Part shown: positions 48,356-59,976 of the stretch, one piece after another | How positions within the stretch are numbered: the stretch's first letter is position 1 | How the letters are laid out: the number at the start of each line of letters is the position of its first letter | Assembly (NCBI GenBank): GCA_030390025.1 | Contig: CM059431.1 | Span: forward strand, 106,642,001 to 106,706,000 | From: Squalus acanthias | Lineage: Eukaryota | DNA length: 64,000 nt | Direction of reading: 5' to 3' | The notes under the pieces: model-generated | The model's input: only the letters and a program-made list of their open reading frames with translations | Databases searched by the model: none | Told to the model about the DNA's origin: nothing | Program-made: the position numbers and the translations under genes

Positions 48356-48807
48356 GACTTACCCTTTAATTAATTTAAATTAAATTAAATCAAATCAATA
48401 CCACCAATTACACTACAATTAAATGTTATACTAAAGAGCCCTTGTTTACTAGCACTCCCTGCTACACAACAGAGACCTTAGAAACTATAACCACAAAAAT
48501 TAAGACCCTTCTAAACTTTATAAACTATTAACCTTAACTGTCAAACTATAGAGTAGCATAAATACTCACCTGGCCGTACCCCCCCAATCAGCTGCTTCCT
48601 CTTGCCCGCGTCACTTTTTGAATCGTGACGTGGCTCTGGAACGCCGCCGCCGGTCCGCGAGATTGGTAAGCCTTGAACCGCCGCTCGCTGCTCCTCCCGA
48701 CTCCGGCCTCTGAAAAACAGCCTGCAAAAGTGAGTTTCAGTACTCACAGATCCGCCGCTCTCTGCTCCTCCCGATTCCGGCCTCAATAATTGCAGTAAGA
48801 CTTCTTC

Positions 48808-49464
48808 GGGGAAAAATTGAGTCGCGCCCCCAAAAAAGTAGCGCACCCGCAGCCGAAATTCATTGGGAGTGCCCCAAGAGGGAAGCGGGAAGCTACTAGA
48901 AGCGCTACGAGTGAATATCGCTGCACTATGTGCCACAGCGCCATGCTCTGCAGCACGTCGCGCCGCGGTACTGCAGGCCTTCCTCCCCTTCTTAAAGGGG
49001 AGGGGCCTTGCGCAGTGCGACCCGGGGCCCAGATGGGCCACCAGGAATTGGAGTGCCGGCAATAGAGCCCGGCACTCAAGAAAAGTGCCGGGCTCATGGA
49101 GCGCAGCCGGCACGCCGCGGGGGGGGCGCTGGTCAGGAGGCCGGGGACGGCAGAGGGGGCAGGTGCTGGCAGGCGGCCCACAACAAAAATGGCTGCCCGG
49201 CACCTCGCCTTTAATTAGCGCCGCCCTGGCCGCAGGTTGGCCCCCCTGACCCCGTCGGACATAGCGTCTGGCGGTAAGTCAGGGGGCGCTACCGAAGATC
49301 GCGGCCGGGGCGCAAGCGGGGCGCTGCGCATGGCGATGATGTCATCGGCGCCGCAGCGCCGCAGGGTGCTAACGGTTACCACTGCCGCTAAATTTCACGG
49401 GAGGCGTTGGCGGCGCCGCTTAGGGCGCTAACGGGAGGCGCAAAGTAACCGAATTTTTATGCCC
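48808..49464. mobile_element. GC-rich Harbinger-type MITE related to element A
   Basis: TIRs GGGGAAAAATT / AATTTTTATGCCC, flanks TTC/TTT; 49323-49445 matches 16445-16622 (GGCGCTAACGGGAGGCGCAAAG). Confidence 0.85.
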
Positions 49465-51030
49465 TTTACTCTTATACTCGAATCCCATTGTAACAAAAGC
49501 TAAAATATCATTTGCTTTCCTAATTGCTTGCTGTACCTGCATGTTAACTTTCTGTGATGCTTGTACAAGGACACCCAGGTCCCTCTTAGTGCAAACATTT
49601 CCCAGTCTTCCACCATTCAAAAAATATTCTGCTTTTTTGTTTTTCCTACCAAAGTGGATAAATTCACACTTCCCCACATTGTATTTTATTTGCCATGTTC
49701 TTGCCCACTCAGTTAACCTGTCTATATCTCACTGCAGCCTATTTGAATCCTCCTCACAGTTTAATTTCCCATCTAACTTTGTATCATCAGCAAACTTGGA
49801 TATGTTACACTCAGTCCCTTCATCTAAGTCATTAATATAGATTGTAAATAGTTAAGCACTGATCCTTGCAGTACCCTGTTAGTTACAACCCGTTTATTCC
49901 AACTCTCTGTTTTTTGTCCATTAACCAATCCTCAAACCAGGCTAATATATTACCCCCAATCCCATGAGTCCTAATTTTGTGTAATAACCTCTTGTGTGGC
50001 ACCTTATCGATGCTTTTTGAAAATCCAAATACACCACATCCACTGGTTCCCCCTTATCCATCCTATTAGTTACATCTTCAAAATATTCTAACAGATTTGT
50101 CATTCACAATTTCCCTTTCATGAAACTATGTTGACTCTGCCTAATCATATTATGATTTTCTAAGTGCCCTGTTACCACATCCTTAATAATAGATTCTAGC
50201 ATTTTGCCTACTACTGATGTCAGGCTAACTGGCCTATAGTTCCCAGTTTTTACTCTTCATCCTTTCTTAAATAGTGGGGTTATGTTTGCTACCTTCCAAT
50301 CCTTGGGGACTGTTCTAGAATCTAGGGAATTCTAGAAGATTAATACCAGTGCATCCATTATCTCTGCAGCTACCTCTTTTAAAACCCTAGGATGCAGATC
50401 GTCAGGTCCAGGGGATTTGTCGCCACTTAGTCCATTAATTTCTCCAGTACTATGTCTTTACTTATACTGATTTCTTTAAGTTCCTCATTCTCTCTAGACC
50501 CTTAGTTCCCCATTATTTCCAGAATGTTTTTGTGTCTTCTACCATGACGAGAGAAAGTATTTGTTTAATGTCTCTACCATTTCCTTATTGCCAGTTAATT
50601 TCTCCTGTCTCTGCCTCTAATGGGCCCATTTTTACTTTCACTAATCTCTTTCTATTTACATACCTATAGAAACGTTTACAATCTGTTTTTATGTCTCTTG
50701 CTAATTTACTCTCATATTCTTTTTTCTCAGTCCTTATCAATTTCTTGGTCCTCCTTTGATGAATTCTAAAATCCTCCTAATCCTCAGGCTTACCACTTTT
50801 TTGGCAACATCATAAGCCTCTTCCTTTGATCTAATACTATCTTTAACTTCTCTTGTTAGCTACGGTTGGAGCACTTTTCCTGTGGGGTTTTTGTGCCTTA
50901 AAGGACTGTATATTTGTTGCAAATTATGTATTAATTCTTTAAACGCTAGCCATTGCTTGTCTAACATCATACCTTTCAATGTAGTTTCCCAATCTACCTT
51001 AGCCAACTCGTCCCTCATACCTCATACCTA

Positions 51031-51442
51031 CAGATGCGGCCTGCTGTAATTTCCAGCAAAAAAAGTAAAACATCTTTTTGTTTTCCATACAGACCCAGCA
51101 TCTGCCACATTTGACCCATTGTGACCCCACCTCATTGTCTTTGTTGTATTTTGCTATCGTCTTTGATGCAATGTCTTCCTGACTGACCTGGTTGGACACC
51201 ATCCACACCTTTGATTGCCGTGATTGTCTCTCTGCCGAGGTGTGATAAAGGGCAGTTAGAAAGATTAACTGTAGTCATCTGGCATTGTTCTCTGACTATA
51301 TATGCTGTGCCTATATGCATCTCTTCACTTCACCTGACGAAGGAGCAGCGCTCCGAAAGCTTGTGATTTCAAATAAAGCTGTTGGACTATAACCTGGTGT
51401 TGTGCGACTTCTCACTTTTGTCCACCCCAGTCCAACTCTGCA
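51031..51442 (+). mobile_element. Non-coding Penelope 3' terminal fragment (family X) with 9-bp TSD TCATACCTA
   Basis: TSD at 51022-30 and 51443-51 within older CR1; 51330-51436 matches 15568-15675. Confidence 0.8.
51330..51366 (+). ncRNA. Minimal type I hammerhead motif (family X)
   Basis: UCAC-CUGACGA-A-GGAGC agc GCUCC-GAAA-GCUU-GUGA. Confidence 0.8.
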
Positions 51443-51559
51443 TCATACCTATGTAGTTTGCTTTGTTTAGATTTAAGACCCTAGTTTCAGATTTAATATC
51501 AGCCACAACTAGGAATTAATATTTCTGGTACCAGTTGCTGGCAATGATTCTGGTTTTGT

Positions 51560-51850
51560 CATTTTCAGCTCCTCTAGACCCATCTTTTGTTTCTTTTATT
51601 GTCCCATTACCATCCCCTTTTGCCTTGCACTATCATCCCTTTTGTCATTTAATCTCTCCTGCCTTCCACCCTATCACAGACCTTCCCTTTTGTTCTTTCC
51701 TCCTCTCGCCCTTTTCCCTGCCCCCGCACTTGCTTAAAACCTGTTACATCTCTAACTTTTCCAGTTCTGATGAAAGGTCATCGATCTGGAACGTTAACTC
51801 CGTTTTCTCCCTCCACAGATGTTGCTGAGCATTTTCTGTTCTTGATTTAG
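51560..51850 (+). mobile_element. Penelope 3' UTR/terminal repeat (family Y) with hammerhead motif at 51763-51799 (GAAA changed to GGAA)
   Basis: AGUU-CUGAUGA-AAGGUC auc GAUCU-GGAA-CGUU-AACU; upstream pyrimidine-rich UTR like the reverse complement of 29000-29170. Confidence 0.75.
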
Positions 51851-52539
51851 GAAGTAATATTGCTTGATTCGTGTACAGTGGAGAGAATGGGCCCCTAAAA
51901 ATGTAAGAGGTTTGAAGTAACATTTTCAGTGTGTTTGGTTTTTCAAGCAGCTGGATTAGAACTTTACCTTTACGAAGAGCCCTTGCCCCACAGCACGTAC
52001 TGTGCTGTAGCCTCTTATGCTATACACACTCAGATTTGGCTGTCATTTTCTGATTTCCCCCCCATTTTTCTTTCACCCACCCCCCACTACATGGGATCAT
52101 CTGTTTCTTTCTATCTACGCTCCCTTGCATCCTAATTCTGGAAATCAGTCAAGAGAGCTGACAAATTCTCTGTGACTTTAATTCAAAGTGCGGCTCCATG
52201 CTGCAGCACCACTGCTGGCTGAAGGGAAAGGGACTGTTAGCTATTCATTTCGATGGCATGCACTGAACTTCCACCGGACATCTCATCTGCTGTTTTAGCT
52301 GAAAGATGCAATATCAGCACGCACAGGTTTTAACAGCAGCCAATTCTTATTCTTATTTAGTCTGCAAAAGAATCGCCATCCCATAAGCACTGCAATAAGT
52401 ACATCAGTCGTGCTATGGGCAGGAGAAGGACACTTGAGGCACAAATGGGGCTGTCAAGTTGGCGCTTTCTCCCTGTTCCTCGTGAAAACTTCCTGCACTA
52501 TACAAGATGTTTTTACCAGCAGCTGGACAAAGCTCAGTA

Positions 52540-53430
52540 CGGTAGTGGTTATGTTACTGGACTAGTAATCCCGAGGCCTGGACTAATGATCCAGAGACGT
52601 GAGTTCAAATAAGAACATAAGAACATAAGAAATAGGAGCAGGAGTAGGCCAATTGGCCCCTCGAGCCTGCTCCGCCATTCAATAAAATCATGGCTGATCT
52701 GATCCTAACCGCCAATCTACTATCACAGAACTATCTCCTGAACCTAACAGAATTAGACACACGAAATAGGAGCAGGATCAGGCTACACGGCCCCTGGGCC
52801 CGCTACGCTACCCACAGGGCCATGACCGATCCGAACCTAGACTCATGTCCAAATTCCTGCCCGCTCCCCGTAACCCTTAATTCCCTTTACTTCTAGGAAA
52901 CTGTCTATTTCTGTTTTAAATTTATGTCATGATGTAGCTTCTACAGCTTTTTGGGGCAGCATATTCCATGGACCTACCACCCTCTGAGTGAAGTAGTTCC
53001 TTCTCATCTCAGTTTTGAAAGAGCAGCCCCTTATTCTAAGACTATGCCCCCTAGTTCTAGCTTCACCCATCATCGGGAACATCCTCCCCGCATCCACCCG
53101 ATCCAACCCCCTTCACAATCTTATATGTTTCAATAAGATCGCCTCTCATCAGCTGGGGAATTGAAATTCAGTTAATTAAATATATCTGGAATAAAAAACT
53201 AGTATCAGTATTGGAGACCATGAAACTATTGGATTGTCATAAATGTCGATTATGACAATTATTACCCGGTCTGGCCTATATGTGACTCCAGACCCGTAGC
53301 AATGTGGTGAACCCTTAACTGTCCTCTGAAATGGCCTAACAAGCCACTCAGTTGTATCAAAGGGTAATTAAGGATGGGCATTAAATGCTGGCCATTGCCA
53401 GCGACACCCAAATCCCATGAATGAATAATA
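52540..53430 (+). mobile_element. tRNA-derived SINE with LINE family A tail, split by CR1 fragment 52611-53149
   Basis: Head GTAGTGGTT..GAGTTCAAAT, core GTGACTCCAGACCC, tail AAGGGTAATTAAGGATGGGCATTAAATGCTGGCC.. Confidence 0.8.
52611..53149 (-). mobile_element. CR1 3' fragment with duplicated 3' UTR
   Basis: RGDLIETYKI..SRTRGHSLRIRG; two AATAGGAGCAGGA..GGCCCCT modules at 52630 and 52764. Confidence 0.8.
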
Positions 53431-53504
53431 AAAAAAAAGCTGCAAATGTTTGGACGACTTTCAAAAACAACGCTGGACTGTAAATTAAGTATCGACAGGG
53501 CCAA

Positions 53505-53690
53505 GGGTAATTTTAACCTAATTGGCCAGACAGGAAACCCTACGGGATCGGGTGGAACGCCGGATTTACACCCTACCCTATATTACACACCACTGACTGC
53601 AGTGGAGAATATAACCGGGCAGTGTGTAAAACCAGTGTTGCTCCTGATCCCATCAGTTTCCCGATGGGCGGGGTTAGGTTAAAATTGCCC
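53505..53690. mobile_element. Small hairpin MITE (186 bp)
   Basis: TIRs GGGTAATTTTAACCTA / TAGGTTAAAATTGCCC with further internal symmetry; flanks CAA/CAG. Confidence 0.8.
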
Positions 53691-53934
53691 CAGGCCATAT
53701 GTCAATCCAATCAAAAAAATGTACTTGCATCCTGTAAATCTTATAACTGGACTCTGATTGACTAAAGCACTTGAGCACTGGAAACATATAAAACAGTTCT
53801 GTTGTGAAGTGCTACGTACAATTTCATTGTAAAATATTGATGAAAAATCAGATGGACCATAAGTAATTCTGCCTCAGAATTATGAGGAATAAAATCTAAA
53901 ATACAGACATGAGGAAATATGCCATTTCTAGTTT

Positions 53935-54403
53935 TTTTATTCGTTAGTGGGATGTGGTCATCGCTGGCAAGGCCTGCATTTATTGCCCACCCTTATTGCC
54001 CTTGAGAAGGTGATGGTGAGCCCCCTTCTTGAACCACTGCAGTCCGTGTGGTGAAGGTACTCCCACAGTGCTGTTAGGGAGGGTGTTCCAGGATTTTGAC
54101 CCAGCGACGGTGACGGATCGGCGATATACTTCTAAGTCAGGATGGTGTGTGACTTGGAGGGGAACTTGGAGGTGGTGGTGTTCCCATGCGCCTGCTGCCC
54201 TTGTCCTTCTAGGTGGTAGAGGTCGCGGGTTTGGGAGGTGCTGCCGAAGAAGCCTTAGCGAGTTGCTGCAGTGCATCTTGTAGATGTTACACACTGCAGC
54301 CATGGTACGCCGGTGGTGGAGGGAGTGAATGTTTAAGGTGGTGGATGGGGTGCCAATCAAGCGGGCTGCTTTGTCCTGGATGGTGTCGAGCTTCTTGAGT
54401 GTT
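53935..54403 (-). mobile_element. LINE family A 3' fragment
   Basis: ORF 53980-54462 TLKKLDTIQDKAARLIG..HHHLLKGN. Confidence 0.9.
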
Positions 54404-55434
54404 CTAGTAATACACCAGGAAGTTGAGTAAATTAACATATAATGCAAAATATATTTGAGCATTTAGACTTAATTGCTATATTTTTATGAAAGACTTGGGC
54501 TTTTCCGGGGAACTGAGGACCACATTCTCCTAGATTTCACAATTTCTTGCTGTTATCAATGGTCTGGATGCAGTGGCGGAGTTTTGTAAGTAGCCTGTTT
54601 GGAATTGGCATTAACAAAAATGAAGATTCCATACTGCTGGGTCATAAGCACAGTCACTGTGCATACTCTATTCATTCCTTATTCAGCTTCGCGACCACTG
54701 CCAAAAATAATTTGTGTGGACATCATTTCAGTAAATAAAACATCCTATCTTAATCCCCCAAAGATTACACAAACTGAAATTCTATTGTATGCAACAGCTA
54801 GTGTTTATTGGGTGCATGTGAAGTGAAAACTTATCATATTCACTGAGTTATAGGGTAACAAATTGCTGCTTTATTCCATGCTCATCACCTTTGAGATTGT
54901 TATGCATGGCCAGAATTAATATGCATTTCCAGTCATGATATATCTTTCCAGCAATTTGTCTACATATTCCCTTGTGTTTTTGGACATGGCATGGAACTTT
55001 GCTCACACAAGATGGCAAACAAGCAAAAAGAATGTATGCTTATCAGGCGACATGAATCACAAAAGGCATTTGAGTGGAAAGATGTTATTGTGCATTTTCA
55101 CATTCCATATGAGCTCAACATTATTTGTTCAAAAATGACAATGCTGGTGTGACTAATTATTTCATAAAAGTGAAATCTAATGAAGAATGAATTTACTTCG
55201 TATGTAGACATATCCCACGGGGGCCTACTAAATATTAAATTTGCATCTTGTGCTTTTGTAGAGGTCTCGGTCGGTATTTTTTTGAACATATGTGCTCAAC
55301 TGTGTGAGAGATGGCAGATCAGGGAAATAGAAGAGTTGCTGGCTTTGCGCTCTTATATAGCACAAAAAGTGCTCCTATGTCACATACGGGCAATAAGACT
55401 GACGCCATACAAGTCCCTGCCCTTACAAACGCAG

Positions 55435-56062
55435 ATTGCAAGGGGTTTTGGAGTATAAAAGCAGGGAAGTCCTGCTACAACTGTACAGGGTATTGGTGAG
55501 ACCACACCTTGAGTACTGCGTACAGTTTTGGTCTCCTTATTTAAGGAAGGATATACTTGCATTGGAGGCAGTTCAGTGACGATTCACTAGGTTAATTCCA
55601 GAGATGAGGGGGTTGGCTTATGAAGAAAGGTTGAGCAGGTTGGGCCTATACTCATTGGAATTTAGAAGAATGAGAGGTGATCTTATTGAAACATATAAGA
55701 TACTGAGGGGTCTCGACAAGGTAGATGCAGAGAGGATGTTTCCCCTCGTGGTGAAATCTAGAACTCGGGGGCATAGTTTCAGAATAAAGGGTCGCCCTTT
55801 TAGAACTGAGATGAGGAGGAATTTCTTCTCTCAGAGGGTCGTAAATCTGTGGAATTCTCTGCCCCAGAGAGCCGTGGAGGCTGGGTCATTAAATACATTT
55901 AAGGTGGAGATAGACAGATTTTTGCAAGATAAGGGAGTGAAGGGTTATGGGGAGCGGGCGGGGAAGTAGCTTTGAGCCCAAGATCAGCCATGATCTTATT
56001 GAATGGCAGAGCAGGCTCGAGGGGCCAAGTGGCCTATTCCTGCTCCTATTTCTTATGTTCTG
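55435..56062 (+). mobile_element. CR1 LINE 3' fragment
   Basis: ORF 55604-55969 YEERLSRLGLYSLEFRRMRGDLIETYK.. plus tail. Confidence 0.92.
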
Positions 56063-57295
56063 ATGTTAGCTCAACCCAAAATCAAAAAAGCAACACGGCC
56101 CACTGCTTGGATTCTCTCACCATGAGCAAGATTGTGAATTTGGTGCATGAGAGTTTCAGATGTCTTCTTGCATTGTTGTTGTTGTTGTTGTAGACTGCCT
56201 TGCCTTTGATTGCCTTACAATAGAGAGAAAGAGAGACTGATGAGGGCCTTTGATTCCTATTTACTCGACAGGACCTTGAATCCATGTGCCAAGATTGAAA
56301 GCGCAGAGGGTCCCCTTGTATCACCCATTGGTATCAAATTCTAAAGGCAAGGTTTTGAACAACAGAAGCAATTTATATTAATTCGGTGGGGAAGAGAATT
56401 CTGAAGAAGTATTCAGTGGTTTCAAGGTTTTGCTGAGCTTCCACCTACAATATCATTCACTTCACTGTTCAAATCTTTGCTTATCTGATTTTTAAGTTTT
56501 TTAAAAGCATCACTTTTGGCTTGTATTGTCCAACGTAAATAATAACAAAGCCTGTGCTATGCCAAGAAAATAAGAATAGGTAGACTGATGAAAGACAAGG
56601 TCATAGGCCAAATCTCCACTGTCCTCAATTCCCTGCTCCACGATCACTCAAGCCCATTTTCTTTTCAATCGCAGTTTTGCTACGGGTTGAGCCAAGGCTT
56701 TATTTCTCTGTTCCTATATGCTTTTCAAAATTCCTTGACCCTAGCAGGAAACTCTCTATTGTCACTAACACACTGAGTGGTGTGAGAGGACTGATATCCT
56801 ATCTCACGAGGTTTGTGCAGGCTTCAACAACAGCAACATGCATTTACATAAGCACCTTTAATGTAGTAAAACGTCCAAAGGTGCTTCACCATCACACACA
56901 GGCAGCTGTCATTGTGTAATTCCAATGTTTTATTGATAAGTGCATTGGAACCTTCACCTTCCCACCCACCCGCCCCCAGTTTTGTCCCTTTCTCCCGATC
57001 TCTTCTTCCACCTGAGTGAGTTATTCAAGGACGTCCAATATCTGTCAAATTGTACCGAATTGTGCTGTGGGTCTGTTTCACACATACCAGCCATCCTCCA
57101 ATAGCTCACCCAAGTGGTCATCTGGGATATTTGACAACGAGTATTAATCAGCTATTCAATCACGGAAGGCATGACAACCAAGCCCAACCTTGACCAGACC
57201 TGACGTCTACATTTCAACACGATACTGGGAACGTGGCCGATTTGCTTTCTGAACGTAAAAGCCTGCAAGTCAATTTTAAGCCCCAATTGGTGCAC

Positions 57296-57520
57296 CAACA
57301 ACAACAGCAGCAACTTGCATTTATATAGCGCCTTTAACGTAGTAAAACGTCCCAAGGCACTTCACAGGCAAAATTTGACACCGAGCCACATAAGGAGATA
57401 TTAGGACAGGTGACCAAAAGCTTGGTCAAAGAGGTAAGTTTTAAGGAGCGTCTTAAAGGAGGAAAGAGAGGCAGAGAGGCGGAGAGGGTTAGGGAGGGAA
57501 TTCCAGAGCTTAGGGCTGAG
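57296..57520 (-). mobile_element. L2 3' end with (TTG)n tail
   Basis: Matches 24320-24525. Confidence 0.8.
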
Positions 57521-58007
57521 CCGCCTCAATCAGAGGGCTGTGTTTTCAATAACGTGATTTGTGTGCAAATTTGTTTTTGTATTTTTGTATTTGCGAACAC
57601 AAAACTATAACATGCACTGTACTTACTTGGGATTATTTACTATTTTTTACACAATGTTAGCACCATGAATTTGGAAAAGGTTAGTCCGAAGGGGATTTGT
57701 CTGAATGTTTTCGTGCTGAAGGGTGCCAGCATGGTAGGTTGAACACGAGATTATCTACACTCCATCTGTTGCATCAAAACACAGCATAATATCTGCCATG
57801 TGGAGCGACAGATTAGGATGAAATTATTTGTTGCACGAGCTGAGCTGGAGGGAAACACTTAGCAAGGTTTTGCCTTTTGTATCGGGACCAGGACGCTGAG
57901 ACACATAAAAGATTCCTAGCACAGGCGATGATGAGAGACAGACAGTTTTGAATCGACAGTAAATGTCCTATTAGTAAAAATAATGACCATGGGCATCCTC
58001 ATGGAAA

Positions 58008-58478
58008 AAGAAAGACTTGCATTTATATAGCGCCTTTCACGACCACTGGAGATCTCAAAGCGCTTTACAGCCAATTAAGTACTTTTGGAGTGTAGTCACT
58101 GTTGTAATGTGGGAAATACGGCAGCCATTTTACGCATAGCAAGCTCCCACAAACAGCAATGTGATAATGACCAGATAATCTGTTTTTGTTATGTTGGTTG
58201 AGGAATAAATATTGGCCCCAGGACACCGGGGATAACTCCCCTGTTCTTCTTCGAAATAGTGCCTTGGGATCTTTTACATCCACCTGAGAGAGCAGACGGG
58301 GCCTCGGTTTAATGTCTCATCCGAAAAACGGCACCTCTGACAGCGTACTGCTCCCTCAGCACTGCACTGGAGTGTCATTCTAGCTTTATGTGCTGCAAGT
58401 CCCTGGAGTGGGACTTGAACCCACAACCATCTGACTTCAGAGGTGAGTGTGCTACCCACTGAGCCACAGCTGACAGCT
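58008..58478 (-). mobile_element. Full-length Deu-domain SINE
   Basis: Reverse complement colinear with 14276-14728, including A box, B box GGTTCAAGTCC and tail. Confidence 0.88.
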
Positions 58479-59102
58479 CGGGTTATATTCTGTCTCATTC
58501 ATCTTTTTCAGGTTATTGCCACTTGTTAGCTTAATCTGCACACATTGCGCAGGGATCTATCAGTTTGCTGTGGTGCAGTGCGTGGAATAACCTCTTGTTT
58601 AGGAACCTATATCACAAAAAAAAACAACAGGTCCTTTATTCCCCTTGAATTATCGATGGTGCTGGGTTTCAGTCATCTGCCACCTGGGAGGGGAGCTAGA
58701 ACAAGAAGGTAAGCTTGCATCCAACGTGCTAAATGCAATCAGTGGGAGGTTATATTTTTTCAACATTACATGTAAAACGGTTTAGAATACATAGCAATGA
58801 ATAAAAGTATATACACCTCCCTCCCAGATTTATTCAGTAGCTGTATCTGAACTAATTTTGTGATATGCAAATAAGCTGCTGTCCTAAATTACCTTCTAAA
58901 TTGCCTAAAAATGCTTCTAACAGTTGCCTGTTTTCTAAGGATTCTCAGTAGTCCTAAAATAAAATTATGCAGAATCCAAGCAAATCAATTAAGAAGGGAA
59001 CCATTCTGCCAGTTTCGGAGGCATCTTTTCAGAGTACAGGCGCTTGCTAAGAAGTGGGAGTGTTTGACTATTTAGTGATGTGTTTGAAGAAAGAAAGTTC
59101 AT

Positions 59103-59976
59103 GGCCGGAAATTTCCTATAAAAACACGGTGGGGGGGGGTTTGGAGCGTGGGGGCAGTTAAAGTGTTAAAAATGTGAATCCCGACCTGATCCCGCCTCAA
59201 ACCCGCCCACTTCCGGTTTTACCGGAGATGGGACGGGGGCGGGCGACCAACCAGCTCCCAGGGGGTGTTACCTCAATTTAAATATTGTAATGAGGCTGGA
59301 AGCCTCTATTTTCCCCGTCCATTTTGTGTTTAACTGCCTGCGGGCGGGTTTCACACAATTCGTGAAACCCGGCAGTTAAACCGAGGCGGGGATTGCTGCA
59401 TCCAGGAGGTAAGTGGCTTTATACCCACCTCCTGGATCCAGGGTCCCGACTATACCCACCCCCAGCGATCGGAGATCCACCCCCAACGAGGCCTCCGATC
59501 GCATTCCCAGGCCTTCCCCCCCCCCCCCCCCCCCCCGCCCTCCCAATCTGATGATGAGGCTGGCCACTGATCCTCTCTACCCCGCACTGATCCCCGGCCG
59601 ACCCCCCCACTCCGATCATCAGCCGACTGCCCTCCCCGACCCTCCCTCGTGATCCCCGCTTGCCTGCCGATCCCCGACCTCCCCGATCCCCTAATCGCCT
59701 GCCGATCCTGCATCAACCCCGCCGATCCTATCTCCACCCTCCCGATTCCCACCCCCCGCCCCCACCAATGATTCCCGACCACCCCCTCCCCCTCGCAACT
59801 GAGGCCTACCCGCCCGCAGCCAGCCAGCCTCTCAAGCTGGCTGGCTGCGGGCGGGAAACCAAGACCTCACATTCAAATTAGGCCCTGCCGGTAAAGTTGG
59901 CAGGGCCTGCGGGAAACCCGGCCTCCCGCCTCAGAACTCCCCCCGCCAGCCCGCCTCCCCGAAGAAAATTCTGGCC
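59103..59976. mobile_element. GC-rich Harbinger-type MITE with C-rich CCGATC/CCCC core
   Basis: TIRs GGCCGGAAATTT / AAAATTCTGGCC, flanks CAT/AAT. Confidence 0.75.

Larger units (their letters stand above)
44348..48785 (-). mobile_element. Full-length CR1 LINE (4.4 kb) with ATAAT TSD
   Basis: GC-rich 5' UTR, ORF1, ORF2, (TTTCTATG)n tail; ATAAT at 44343-47 and 48786-90. Confidence 0.92.
43757..51492 (-). mobile_element. Older CR1 LINE in four pieces (43757-44347, 48786-48807, 49465-51030, 51443-51492)
   Basis: ORF2 sequence reads continuously across the junctions (..GFEYKSK|EVLLQLY|RTLVRPHLEYC..) when inserts are removed. Confidence 0.85.

Noticed and set aside
48541..49431. Several 60-220 aa ORFs
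   Set aside because: Expected from GC-rich MITE and CR1 UTR sequence; no recognisable domain.
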